Position numbers and translations under genes: made by a program
Shown: in pieces, positions 13,044 to 26,476 of the stretch
Numbering within the stretch: position 1 is the stretch's first letter
Layout: each line of letters begins with the position of its first letter
Source: Saccostrea echinata
Taxonomy: Eukaryota
Assembly: GCF_033153115.1 (NCBI RefSeq)
Contig: NW_026889751.1
Coordinates: forward strand, 28,892,001-28,956,000
Reading direction: 5' to 3'
Length of the DNA: 64,000 bases
Notes under the pieces: model-generated
What the model was told of the DNA's origin: nothing
The model's input: only the letters and a program-made list of their open reading frames with translations
Databases searched by the model: none

Positions 13044-14471
13044 TTATACGCATAAGAATGAATTCTTAAAAATATACATGTTACAGGTCCAATAAGAATA
13101 AAACTGTTGTATGGGTTTACTTGTTTATTTGATTGACTGATTGGTTGATTTATGGAGCCCTAAAATTGAAAATATATTATAAATACATGTAAATCTACAA
13201 ATCAAATAATTACAAACACAAACAATCATATATATCACATGAAATACAATGGTATAACATTACGCTCAACATTATACTTTTCTTCAAGATACAGTATGTA
13301 CAGCACTCTGAATAAAGGGCAATAACTCTTAATTTCAACTGAACAGATTTATAGGGCTTTACAGATAAAACATAAAAAATAAAGGTAAAAATGGATTTTG
13401 GTAATTAAGCTGGAAAGTGAAAAGCATGAACTGCATGGGATACTGACTGACCAAAATGACTTAACCAATAGCAGGACAGGGCAAGACCTCAATTATAATA
13501 ATAATACATCACATATGACACTATCAAACTGGACAAAACACTACACAGAACGCAAAACACAACACAAGCACATGGCCAGGTAAACATTGAAATTACACAA
13601 ACACATTTAATATTTTAATAAATTTTTATTAATCTGACCTTACTACATACATGCATAGTGTATATCCGTCACAAAACATTGATTGATGACTGTTGACGAC
13701 TTAAAACATGCTATGACTAGATTTTTTTATTTGTGTTTTTATTGCGTTTTCTACACTTTTTTTCATCGATCCGCGGAGTACATCTTACAACGTCCTGACG
13801 GATAGAGGGCTGGACAACCTGAAAACGTAACCTCCTTGCAACTTTCTTTATATTGAAATAACCCATAGGAAGAAATATTATAAAACACAATAATACATTG
13901 CGTTGATAGCAGTTATTGAAACAATGTCTAAATTATCTTAAATTTTAATCACTTTTGATTTGATCATCTTAGCCGGGGGGAGGGGGGGGGGGACTTACAT
14001 GTGTATGTTCAAACATTCACTCGCTTGAAATCCTTTTTCATCCTGTTTGAATCAGGGATCCTTCGTACATTTGCTTTGTTATTGTTAGCTTCCGTTGCTT
14101 TGTTTCTCTCTCAGTCTGTGTTGTTTTGAGCTTTGCTTTGTATGTTCCTTCTTAATTTTCTTGGAATCGAATTTCATTTATTTTATTGCTTATTTGTTTT
14201 TTTTTTTTGGGGGGGGGGGTTCAAGGTCACTTTGACATTTTTTCTTTTTTTTTTTTTTTATAAGTACAGCTTATGACTGTGTATCAGAAATTGTCACTCA
14301 AGTTATTGTCAAATATAATCTGACGTTTCCAAATTTATCAGGTTGTATTTTTTCTATCTTTTTTGCAATATGTTGCTTTACGGCGTTTCACCCATGCGCA
14401 ACAGAGGTCTAACTTTCTTTTCGATAAACCCAACCAACTTCAGAGATTATTGAGAATTTTTTTTACCAAGA

Positions 14472-17400
14472 ATGGTGTTCTCAGGGAGGACACGTGGTCG
14501 CGGATTTGGTGCAAAAGGCGGGGGCATCCATGCAACGACTAGAAAATCGTCATCAAGTGTCGACAGATCACGCTATCGAGATCACGAGCATTCAATGTCA
14601 CCACCGCGCAAAAGACCGACTTCTGTAGAAGACCGTCTTGGGGCCAAGGTGGTGGAATGAAATTTGTGATAAATCGTTTTATATTTGAAATTTCTACATT
14701 TAGAAAATGTTGTTAGACACCAAGTACTATGTTTAAGAGGGAATGGAATTCCATTAACAGGTCCGGCACAATCTCTTGATTAAGCTATATAGCTTGATTT
14801 AGCTATATAGCTTTATTAAGCTATTCAGAATAGCTTGATTTAGCTATTTTATCACACTTTGATCTCAATTGTGTTATTTTCCAAGTATGCACCAAAAGTC
14901 GCACCTTGGTGCAGTGATGATATTCAAACTTGAACTCTTATGAAAATAATGCATGTAAAAATCACTCATCAAATTGCGTCTCCTTAAGAGACTTTGTACT
15001 CAAAGTTCTAAAAGTTTTGGGGCTATATAAAGCAATTGAAACAGTTACTTCTTCAATGAAATTATAAAGGAGGCCAATTATGGTCAACAAGATAATTGAT
15101 TGGTAATAATTCAGTACAATGAGAAGCAATCATACTTATCCATGCCTCAACGCACACAAGGTAGTGTACAGTTACCCAAACAATGGAAATTCATCTATCA
15201 CTTAAAAGTATTCAAATGCTGCAATGTTAGAACTATCTTTGATTTGGGTTTTTGATTTGATAACCCATATTACGTATATGAATAGTCATATACTTGCGAC
15301 TTTTTGTCTATTTTGTACAAATAACATTTTTGTGAAAACCTGCATATAAATAGCTTTATCAAGCTATTTTGAATAGCTTAATAAAGCTATATAGCTATTT
15401 CAAGCTATACAGCTTAATCAAGAGATTGTGCTGGACCTGATTAATGCTGTCATTTATAGTTTATGTGTTGGGAAGGCTCTCATTTCAGAATCGGTGCATC
15501 TACTTACGACGTATGCAAAAAGCAGAGAAATGGTGTCATTTTTAATAAACAAAGAAAAGCTATTCACAAATTAATAATGAAGGCATACCTTTTGAGGTGT
15601 ATAAGCCTTCCATGTCCAAGTAGCCACATATCCTTTTGTGGTGAAGCAGATCTGCTCCATTTTGTTACGTTGCATCTATGTGGTACACATTGTAACTGCA
15701 GTGAGGGCCTGTCCTGAGACAAGTGTAATTTAACTAGTCAGGCCCTCATTCCAGTTTAAATAGGTCCCTATAAACATGATGAAAGTGTTCGCCAAAAAAT
15801 ATATTGCAACTAAGGACGTTAGAACAGTCAGTTTGATGCATTCCTCGGGACCTACTGAATTTTGGATGGACCAGAAATAATTGATCAGTGATGCTAATTC
15901 AAATATTCCAAACCTATAAACTCGGAACAATTAGCATGATTAGTCAAAACAAATGATGACACAGATAAGTTCAGTATGTTAAAAGTAGCATCATATGTGC
16001 ATGATTTGGCTGACAACTTGTAATATCAGTGAAATGCTCTTAGCAATTCTTGTTGGTATCTAGCAGCCTTCAGACATCTGGTCCAAATATATTAACTTGA
16101 ACATTGGACCAGATCAATTTTTGATGGATTTATCTGATGCTCTGGTGTTTTTGAGATAGACTACTTGAGCTGTGATGTAACAAAATGGAGCAGATCCACT
16201 CCAGCACAATTTTGAAAGGTGTGAATAATAGTACTCGAAAATAAGTTCCAAGTTATAATAACAGACAGTTTAAGGTGTTCTTGTGCTTCAGGACCAAGAA
16301 AATAATCCATATGAAAGAAACAAATTTCTCCTTGCAAAAATTCATTTACCATTTTAATACGGTATAATTGGAAATTTTAGCATCGCACAAATGTAGCGAT
16401 TTATCCCTAAAAACTGGTATATATTTTTAGCAAGAAGTAATTTTTGCTAGCGCTCTCGAGCGCTAGCAACTACGTTAGTCTATATTTCTGAAATACGCAT
16501 GCTCAATTTCACTGTCAGGGATTCTGGGAAAACTGCTGTAGATAGACTGTACGACAACAATTTCGTTTTGTCATACAAAATTTGAAATGATCCGAATTTC
16601 AGGCCTTTCCTGTCTGATATGCGCGATATACATTTCGTAGGTTAGAGACAGTCAATACCACTCTAGATCCGGATTCTGAATTTTTTTTAATTTATTGTCT
16701 AACCTACACATAAAAGTACAAGAAAAAATTTGGCCATATAATGCCAAGATTCTAGACATCTAGCTTTCCTTACAGACTTACCACCTCAGTGGATAATTTC
16801 GGCGAGCTCGGAAAAAACAACAACAACAAAAATCTTTTTCAGAGTACATCGGAAAGACATGTCAATTTAGTGTTTATCATCTGAAAATACATATGATCTG
16901 AAGTTTCGTGTTTTGTTGTCTAACCTGCACGTAAATGAACAAAAAGTAACAGTAACTCGGGTCTTATAAAACCAAGACTGTAATTTCTAAAGTTGTAACG
17001 AATATAGCTTTTCTAATCTACCTTCATGGATCTTTATGGCAAGCTCGGAAAACAGCGGCAACCTCGGATATGTTTTCTGAGCTTGCCGGAAAGGCCCGAA
17101 GGTGCTCATTGGTTCTACTGACCTTTTATTTTTCACCTCGAAATTGAAATTACAGTAAAATACAGAATGCTTAAAGCACAGTTAGGAGTTTTGCCATTGT
17201 CGACGTGAAGCACACTCTTAGATTCACCATTCTGAATTGTGACCCCCCTCCCCAAACTCAACCCCCAGTGCACCAATCTGCCTTCCTATTAATAATTAAT
17301 CGATTCAGCAAATTTAACAAATGGTTCAGATATATTCTTCTGTATTTTATTATGATACAGCGCTAGCTCACCAATCTTTTTAAAAGATAAGCTTGTAGTG

Positions 17401-20400
17401 ATTTTATAATGTCAAGCAAGATAACTATAACGAGTGATATGGAATAAATTGTTAGCGATATTCAAATTTAGCGATCTCGGGACTATCGCTAATAATGCCA
17501 AAATTAAAACCTCGCTAAAAATTCTGCTTATACGGTATTCTGAACTTTCATTGCTGTTGATTTTGCTACCGGTATATTGCACATAATTCAAATTCCGTCT
17601 TGAAATTGTGTCTGTATGGTGGACAATATTTTACTTATAAAATATTCTGTCAAGGTTTTAAGATGAATGTGAAGGAGTTCAGTGCAGGGAATGTCAAGTG
17701 TTTATTTGTTGTATAAATATTAAGCAAGCCAATCCTATTGCTGCAATTTATTTTAGTCTTTTAGATGCATTAATTACTCTCAAGGGTGATATTTTTACTT
17801 TAATTTGAATATGCAGGAAAAAAATGAAGTCCTGTGTAAATAGAAAACTAAAAACAAACAAAAGAAGTATCAGCATCCTTAGTAACATTCCCAGCAGATG
17901 CTCAAACTGTGGTAAGCTAAGATTGCTAGTTTGATGTAAAAAGGAATGTATAGATTCCATTTATTTTGAGTTTCAATTATGATGAATGCTTTACTGGCCT
18001 GCAAGTAGGAGTGCAACGATACACTAACCTCACGATACAATACGTATCACGGTATTCAGTTCACGATACGATACGTATCACGATACATGACGAGGTTAAA
18101 AAGTCTTTCAAGTTTGTCATCATATTTTTTTTAACTTGACAGGTTTATAAAAAATTTTCATATTTTTTAATAATAATTAAAATAAAATTTTGTTAACTTA
18201 AATTGGATTGTTAGGTAGATCTTGGAGTTTTGACAATATTCTAAACCAATGATGAACATTTACAGGGAACTACGGGGACCTTTCCTAATAATCTTCCTTT
18301 TAAAGTAGAATGAAAAGGGAAGACAGACATTCTTTTATTCCTTTTATTTACGTAGAAAACCAGTTGTCATATTTCTCGTGTTTACACGTTTTAGTCAACA
18401 AGACAGTGATTTTTCATCGAAATACACACGTGATGAAATAAGGTGTATTACCAAAGAATACGTTTAGATCTAAAGGGTTTATCATTTGTCTTAACATCTA
18501 TAACTTAATAATCACATTAAGTCCTTCTCCGTGTTAAATCTGGGGTCCATAAGATGCTGGAGATGAGTTAATGCGGTATCCGGCGACCTCACGTTTTGCG
18601 CGGAAGCCATTTTGAAATTGTAAAAAAAGGAAACAAAACGGACGATTCGGATAATTCTGGACCGATTGAACCGAACCGCGATATCAGTTTAGCGTATTGT
18701 GAATTGAACCGTGGAAAAATATACCGCGATATACCGTCAAACGGTTTATCGTTGCACCCTTACCTGCAAGAAAAGGTATTTCAGCCAGGAACAATTGTGT
18801 CAGTATTGTACATCTTTCAGATGTAAAAGACAGAAATAGAGAGTAAGTTTGTGTTTTATGTATGAGTAGGTGATTTCATTAATTTATATTACCAGTAAGC
18901 ATTTCATACATGTTAGTGAACATAATCTTTTAGCACAGGGATATAACTATCAAAAAATGTGCAACTTAGTTTCCTCCTTGGATTTATATAAACTGCCATA
19001 GAACATGCAATAATCACTCTATACTCCATAATTCTGTTGAAACTGCTATTAATTAGTAACTTTGCATGTGTTTTGTAGTATCCTGATGAAAGTCCAGCAC
19101 CCCAGGCAGAATCTCTGAGAATCACAGTCGGAAATGACATTTTTAACAAAGGATCAGTGGGAAGTCCTCTTTCTGATAGACTGGGTCCTCCAGTCCAACA
19201 GTATCAAAACCCAGACAGTATATTTGAACAGGAAAGAATGTATTATGGGGGAGGAGGCAGTGAAGAGAAAAGGGAGGATAAATATAGAAGGGATTCTCCA
19301 TCAAGGAGGTACCAGTCTGATTCACGTGGGAGGAGAGATGATAGGGATAGGGACAGAAGGAGAGACAGTAGCCGGGAGAGGAGGGATAGGCGGGGGAGTG
19401 GTAGAGATCATCACGACGGAGGTCACGATCGGAGGGACAACAGGAGGGACAGTCGGGATTACCGTGACCGAAGGGAGGAAAGCCGTGAGCGGCATCACAG
19501 CAGCAGCTACTCCAGTCACTATGACAGGAGAGATGAACCTCTTGATAGAGACTACCGTGATCCATATAAAGGTGAACTTGATAAAAAGTATGATGAAAGA
19601 TTCAGTATGGAAAGGTTGGATCCGCAGTATGAAGATAGACTGAGACGTGAAAGTGACATTTATGATGACTTATCTCGTGAGAGGAGTCAGGAGGGACAGA
19701 ATCCTCCAGGGAATTTTTACGGGAGGGGAAGCTTCGAGTCTCTGACACAGCCGGGGACGCAGTCGGGATGGAGGAGTCCCCCAAAGTCTGAGCCAACACC
19801 ACCCACAGCAAAACCACTGAAATCTATTCTTAAAAAGAAAACAGACAATGTGGCACCTCCGGTGGTGCAACCAACTGAAATGGGAGGAGGTTCCTTTGGA
19901 CTGCCTGTAGAAAGTAGACTTGGGCCACAACTGGGGCAAGAGTATAATTCTGGAAGACCTTCGCTTGGACACTCCATGGACATTGAAGATGAAGAGAGAT
20001 TTCTTTATGGAGAACCAGAAAAGAAAGAAATCCCTCCACCATCATCACAACCACCACCCTGGTCCCAGCCATTTGTAGGAGATCATTTCCAGCCCCAGAC
20101 AGGTGGTAGGCAGCAGAATAATACTTTCCCAATTCTTAGTCAGAGGCAGTCACACTCCCCACCCCCAGCCTACATCCCAGAGGAACCCCTGGAGTCGGAG
20201 AGACAATATGATTCCTCCGATCTCCTGAGCATCTTCACGAAGAGGCCCCAGCCAAGAGTGATGGAGGAAACACGCCCCCCACCAGCACAGCCACAACCTA
20301 CACAGCCACCACCCATGCAGCAGCCAACTTCTTTTGCAGAAAGTGTGAGTCAGGAAGTGAAACAGCAGAAATATGATCCTACAATTGAAAACATTTTAAA

Positions 20401-23400
20401 ATCTATCGGTTTTGATTTTGAAATGTCCAAACGAATGCAGGAAAAGGCAGGAAGTGAGCCCAAAAAGGAGGAGCTCCCTCAACAGTATGGAATTAACCAG
20501 ACAGCCTCATTCCTTGGGGGAGGGTTGTCTACTGAGGAGATTGGCTTAAATCTCTTCCCCAAAAAGAAACCGTCAGTTGAAACTTCGTCATCACTTGAAG
20601 ATAGAGACAAAGGAAATGAAAGGGCACCTTATGATGGGAGACAAAAAGAAAGCTTCGTGGACCAGGTTCTGAGAAAAGATGCATTCAGTAAAAGGGATTT
20701 GTATCCTCCTCCCCCAGAATCTTCCACACCACAACCTCCAGTCACCTATGTTTCAAGTTATGCTCCATACTTGCAAGGATATGCTGCACCTACTTATACT
20801 GGATCTTTTATGCCAACACAATCTGAAGCTGCTATTTATTCTGCTCCCCCAGTTGTCGACCCCTATAGATATCCTCCAGAGTATTCAATGGCACAGTCAC
20901 AGCATGCTCCACCCGAGAGAGCATATACAGCAGAAAGAGCATACTCAGCAGAAAGAACTTACTCAGCAGAGAGCCAAAGGGATGCCAGTATAAGTCAGGT
21001 GTCCCCAGGGTTACCAAAGGCTCCAGAGAAATCTGTAAGGGAAAATCTGACTACCATAACCTTAGAAGAAAATCTCCCTAAACCTCAGAAATCAGAGCCT
21101 TTATCAAAGAAGAAAAATGCTAGACCAAATTTAAGAGAAATTCCAAAGTCATCTGAACCAATAAGAAGAATCCCTGAAACTCAAACAAAATATGATAAAT
21201 CTCCTGTTTCAACAAACAGAACAGTTTTACCTCCCAAAAGTGAAAGTGCAAAGATGCCTCCACAAGGAACCAAAAGGCCAGCAGAAAAAGAAATGGACCA
21301 ATCTTTGATAAATAAAAAGAGACAGGCAGAAAAGCTATTAAAAGACAAGGAGGAAAGACAGAAACGCATCCAAGCTCTGGAAGAAGAGTTAAGAAAACTT
21401 CGACGACAGCAGAACGAGATCATGCGCAAAAAGCGTCGTCAAAAAGATGGCCACAAGGACCCGATTCTTCTACAGAACAGTAAATTACAGGAGGAAATCG
21501 CAATGCAGATCTCCAAGCTGAGGAAACTCAGTGAAGGAAAAAGTCCGGAGGAGATCCAGCCACAGCAAAAGAAAATCAAGGTGGAAAAAGAGCCAGAAAA
21601 GGTGAAAGAAGATGTGGAAATGGCAGAGGGAAGTGAAAGCAAAGACAGATCTGGAACTCCAGCTATAAAGGAGGAAGTCCCAGCACCAGCAGTTGTCAAA
21701 CAGGAAGTTAAACCAGAGACGGCAGTGAAGCAGGAAGAGAAACCTAAACAGGTGATTTTACCAAGAGAAGTAGCTTTGCTGGCCAGTTTTTGTAATATTA
21801 ATTTTGTTCAATTTTAAAATGAAATTTTCATTGCAGCATTAAATGTAAATCTTTGGTAAGTCATTTTAAACTCTTTAAGAAATAAACATTTTTTTGAATC
21901 GGATATGACATTTTACATATGTGATATGCTCTGTATTTTACAGATGTCTTTCCAAGTAAAAGGAGCTCAGAAAACCAAATACGAGTTCTTTGATCCCGGA
22001 AAACACTGGTGCAAGCTCTGTAATACTGTATATGACACGGCCACACTGTTCCTAGAACACACCCACCTGCGTCACAACAAGAAGGTAGAGACGGACACCA
22101 GTCAGTGTAAACTGGTTCCTCTACAATTCTGTATAAAAGCTATTTGTCTTCAATACCTTGTCTGAGCTACTGTAAGATTTATTGAGATAAAAACATCTTG
22201 TTTTACATGTTTGTATAATCATAAGTTGGACCTGTAGATAGTAATTTAGCAGAATAAAGATGGCGTTTCATAGTGCCTTACACATGACCCACTTTAATTG
22301 TTTGAATCTTGTTTGATTAAAAAAACATTTGAACTGCCATGGATTGGGAGAGTTGGCTTTGTGTTCCGATTTCTCTTTTTTTCTGCAATCTTCAAGAAGA
22401 TACTGCAGATTTTCCCAGAGTAAAATTCAAACAAAAGTTTGCGAAACCTCCCCCTTTGAATTTTTACAGTGGAAAAACACAGACACGTATGATAGACCTT
22501 GGATTCCAGATCAGATGAAGAATCCCCCTCAAAAGAAGAAAGGACAGAAAGTAGAAGTGGTGGCTCTCAAGGGTATCTGTTTATCTGTGTTTATTGCTGG
22601 TAGAAGATGCTAGCCATCTTTGTCATGTTCCTTTATACATATTATGAAAGCCATCATTGTCATATTCTGATATAGATACATGTACAATTTCCTCTCTGCT
22701 GAATAGAATTCTGAAATATGCTAGTAAAAAGGTACTTTAAAAAAATAAATCGAAAGTACTTAGAAAATTGAATTACATGTATTTAAATTTTAATTTATGT
22801 TATTTTTATGATTTGAATCAAACCAGATTTTGTTTTCCAGGACCTGAGTTCCTATTCCCCACAAATGGCTTCTACTGCGTCCTGTGTCGGGAGTTCTCGG
22901 GGGATGTACAATGTGCAGACTTTCATCTGAAAACTGAAACCCACCTTTCAAATTACCAGGTAAGGAACAGAGGTGATTTGTGTTCATGTAAGTTATAGTT
23001 CATCATCTGGCTTTTATTCTAATCCCTTATTTTTTTCTTTTTCGGAGTCTTTTCTAGGTACATACAAAACCAAATAATTGTACTACATTCTTTGCTGTTT
23101 TTAAGAATTTTCAAATTAAAAAGTGACCTGGTAAGGAATAAGTTATTTGTGTATTGATTTTACCTTTTGTTCCCAATAGAAATTTCTGGTGGACAGTCCT
23201 TTTTATGAACAAAGACGGCAACTGGATCGTGCCAAGGGCCTGGCTGAGAAACAAGAAAAAAATCTAAAGGAGAAAGGATCTAGACCTTTGTTTGGAAGAA
23301 ATCCCTCTAAAGAGAAGGAAATAAAATCCACAGAAAAAGCTCCGTCCATCAACATCGAGCAATCCGAAAAAGAAGTGGAGGAGCTATCGGATGTTCAAAG

Positions 23401-26400
23401 CAACTCTCAGTCCAGTGCAGCAAAAATAGCCAAAGTGAAACTGTCCTTAAAGAAACCCCCTATTGCAAACCCCACACCCAAGCCAGAACCAGAGCCTCTT
23501 CCTACAAAGATGGAAACAGAAGCCCCTCCAACACTGCAGACTCAGAACTCAGTGGAAGAAGCAGAGAAAAAGGCAAATGGTGAGAAAAAGGAAGACGGAA
23601 AGAAAGGAATAGAAATTAAAATCGCAAATAAGATTGGAATTGTCGGGAAAGTCCCAGCAAAAAAGAATGCCCTCCTTCCTCCCTGGACCCCTGTCACCAG
23701 ACAAGATCCTCTGAAGGCTGTTCCTGCAGCGGAGGCAGAAAAAAATAAATCAGCAATGGAGAAGAAACAGGTGACAGCACAGGATATTTTAAAGGCATTG
23801 CAAGAAAAGAAAGAACAGGAGAGAAAGGAAATGGAGGAAAAGGCCAAGGAGGAAGCCCTACGTAACGTGATGGAGATTCCAGTCCCAGAGATGCCGAGCA
23901 AAGATGAGGAGGAAAAGCCCGGAGTTAGACAGGACACAAAACCTGACCTCAGCTCAATACAGATTCCCATCCCAGAGACACCGAGCAAGGAGGAGGTGGA
24001 AAAGCCCAGAGTGACACAGAACTCAAAACCTGACCTCAGCTCAAAGGATATTCCTGTCCCAGAGATGACAAGCAAGAATGAGGAAAAGCCCGGAGATACA
24101 CAGAGTGCAACAGCTGACCTCGGCTCAGTACAGATTCCTGTCCCAGTGATACAGAGCAAGAAGGAGGAAAAGCCTGGACTTACACAGAACATAAAACCTG
24201 ACCTCTGCTCGACGGAAATACCAAGCAAAAAGGAGGACAAGCCTGGAGTTAGGCAGGACACAATACCTGACTTAAGCTCAATACCAGTACCCAGTCCTCA
24301 GAAGCCAGAGAATTCAATTATCAGTGAGGACAAAAATGTAGAAAGTGACAAGGGTCAAGAGACTTGTGATGTGAACATTAACAACAGTAAAGAAAATTTA
24401 GAAAATATTGTGATGCCAGAGTCTGGACCAACAACATTGGAGAAAGACCAGAAAATTCAAACTGATTCCTGTCCAGAGACAAGGCAAGAAGAAACTGTAA
24501 AAGGACCATCAGAACTAAGTTTAGACAAAAATAAGACACTTGGGGCTGAAATCAGTGCATCAGGTACAGTTCACAATGTACAGGAGGCTGGAGGTTCGCA
24601 AGAAAAGGAATCTTTAGCAGAAGTTAGCAGAAAATCACAAAAAGACAATCAGACTTCTATTGCTGAGGTTTCAACAAGTCACACAGCTGTGGAAGTCACC
24701 CAGATCATTAGTATATCAGAAAATGCTGGAGACGACACAGAAAAAGAAGATTTGAACCAAGGACCACAGACATGTGAATCAGAGGATGCAGCCAATGATG
24801 TAGATGATGATAAAACCATAATTGACGATGAAGATACAATGGACAATAACGATGTCTTAGAGATCAGTGACGATGACACTCGGGATGGGGAGGACAATGA
24901 AACCACAGCTGTGTCCCAGCAGAGCCGATGTCGGCCGATAGAGGACGTGATTGAAATCAGTATGGGCAGCCTTGGTGATGTGGTGGAAGTGGCTGTCGGG
25001 GGCGAGACTGACCAGGATTTGGAGGGGGATATAGAGTGTGATGTGGACCAGCTCTATGGGGTGATAGGAGGAGAATCAGAAAATCTGGATGATGTCTTGT
25101 CTGTGGGACAGGATCGTGGAGGGGCAGGGTGCTTCTCGGAGTTGGGGGTGAAGCCGATGGATGTGGAGGACACGACGGATGGGGGAGGGATGAATGATGA
25201 GGAAGTGGGGAACATTGTGGATGAACTGATGCACAGCAACGGCATAGAAAGTGGTAAGTAAAGCGTCAATTAATAAGATAGAAAAATGTTTAGTTAAACT
25301 TCCAGAAGTATAAAGATAAAACTATGTAACAGTGTGGGTACTTTTGAAGTATTTATGATATGACACTGGCTCACAACTAATTCCCAATATGTAAAACTTG
25401 ATGTTTAACACTCTAATTGCTCAAACAACCCATTTCAAATGAAGGTTTTATAAAAAGTACATTTTATAAATAACATTTCATGATTGCATCTGAAGAAGTA
25501 CTGTAGTAATCTTTGACAAGTATTTTATGCTATAATTTGAATCTGTTAAATAGTACAATAGTGTTATGAATAGTTCTAAAATCGGACATTTTTTTTTCTT
25601 CTAAATCCCTTCCTTCCAAATGATAAAGACATGCAACCTGTGCATGTTCGTCATCTTCACTCCATTTTTTACATTTTTGTTGAATTGCTCACTTCTAAGC
25701 TTCTAGTAGTCATTATCAGATATAGATTGTTCTGTTCAATTTAGATTTTTTCTTTTTTGGACATCAGGAAAGCACATTTAATTAAAGCAAAAAAAGAATT
25801 ACGGTACTAAGTAATGCTTTCCTCTTGTAACATTGATAGCAAATTGCCAGAGCTGAAGTTACTTATTTAATTATTAAGGTTATATAAGATGATATAATCA
25901 TAAAGGTATTGTAAAATATTACCAGGTCTGAAGGAGTGGATGTCCAACTTTGGTAGGTATCCATGTACGAATCTGTCCGTTAAATTATTTCATTTTACCT
26001 GCATGCTTTGTATTGATAGGAATTTGGTTTTGCATGGGACTCGATGGACTTGGTGTTGTTGATGGCTTATAAGGAGATTTTATTTACCATTACTGTTCTT
26101 TTGTTTTGTATTAAGTTGTTTGCATTTTTGCCTTTATTTTCAACAATATTTGTAGTTATGAAGAGGAAAATTAATAAACATCTTTTTAAACTTTCACCGA
26201 TTTTAGCGTTAGTTTAGTAAGAACAGTAGGAAATAAATACATGTATATAATCTTATCTGTTTATGACTTCATTAACATTTATAATTTTGCTTACATCTGG
26301 AAAAATATGAGCAACTTTTAATTGAACTTTAAACATTATTATGATCATTGAGAATCTAAAGATGAAATGGTATTGTTTTGTAATGTCGTCTGAATTTTGC

Positions 26401-26476
26401 AGATCAAGAGAGTGTCCTGAGCGGGACGATGGGCAGCGACTTTGAGATCGTAGATGAATGTGATGAGGATACGTGA
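14472..26476 (+). CDS. ZNF318: Zinc finger protein 318 orthologue (two matrin-type C2H2 fingers, coiled coil, RD/RS-rich N-terminus); 1764 aa (read-through stop at 25261) or 1786 aa (spliced to terminal exon 26403-26476)
   Basis: Exons 14472-14648, 19079-21751, 21944-22084, 22470-22572, 22841-22959, 23180-25253 (or to the stop at 25261) and 26403-26476, all GT-AG and in phase. Motifs recognisable from vertebrate ZNF318: SLRITVGND, KSILKK, DIEDEERFLYG, ILKSIGFD, LRRQQNEIMRKKRRQKDGHKDP, YEFFDPGKHWCKLCNT, YDRPW, KGPEFLFPTNGFYCVLCREF...H...H, FYEQRRQLDRAKGL. Confidence 0.9.
14758..15439. mobile_element. MITE with ~90-bp TIRs (CAGG...CCTG) containing AGCTAT/ATAGCT subrepeats, in ZNF318 intron 1
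   Basis: Left CAGGTCCGGCACAATCTCTTGATTAAGCTATATAGCTTG..., right ...CAAGCTATACAGCTTAATCAAGAGATTGTGCTGGACCTG; direct repeat ATTAA on both flanks (14753-14757, 15440-15444). Confidence 0.85.
16358..17537. mobile_element. Non-autonomous TA-flanked DNA transposon (Tc1/mariner/pogo-like MITE)
   Basis: Ends TACGGTATAA...TTATACGGTA with subterminal TTAGCG/CGCTAA motifs at both ends; no ORF. Confidence 0.6.
18006..18762. mobile_element. hAT-type MITE with perfect 8-bp TSD
   Basis: TIRs TAGGAGTGCAACGATA / TATCGTTGCACCCTTA, subterminal CGATAC/AACCG repeats, and TSD CCTGCAAG at 17998-18005 and 18763-18770. Confidence 0.9.
23870..24292 (+). repeat. Coding tandem repeat (84-87 bp, 28-29 aa, ~5 copies) in the ZNF318 C-terminal exon
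   Basis: Units xIPVPExPSKxEEKPGVxQxxKPDLSS starting at 23873, 23960, 24047, 24131, plus a shortened fifth copy. Confidence 0.9.

Noticed and set aside
19134-21699. Many overlapping or antisense ORFs (e.g. 19134-19643 +, 19143-19565 -, 19670-19972 -, 21181-21429 -)
   Set aside because: Shadow frames of the large low-complexity ZNF318 exon, with no independent motifs or splice signals.
22573-22580. GTATCTGT donor as a second U12 intron
   Set aside because: It lacks the CCT of GTATCCT, there is no TCCTTAAC branch site, and the acceptor has a normal pyrimidine tract.
23542-24261. 239-aa antisense ORF
   Set aside because: Reverse-strand mirror of the K/E/P-rich repetitive ZNF318 exon, where codon bias suppresses stops.
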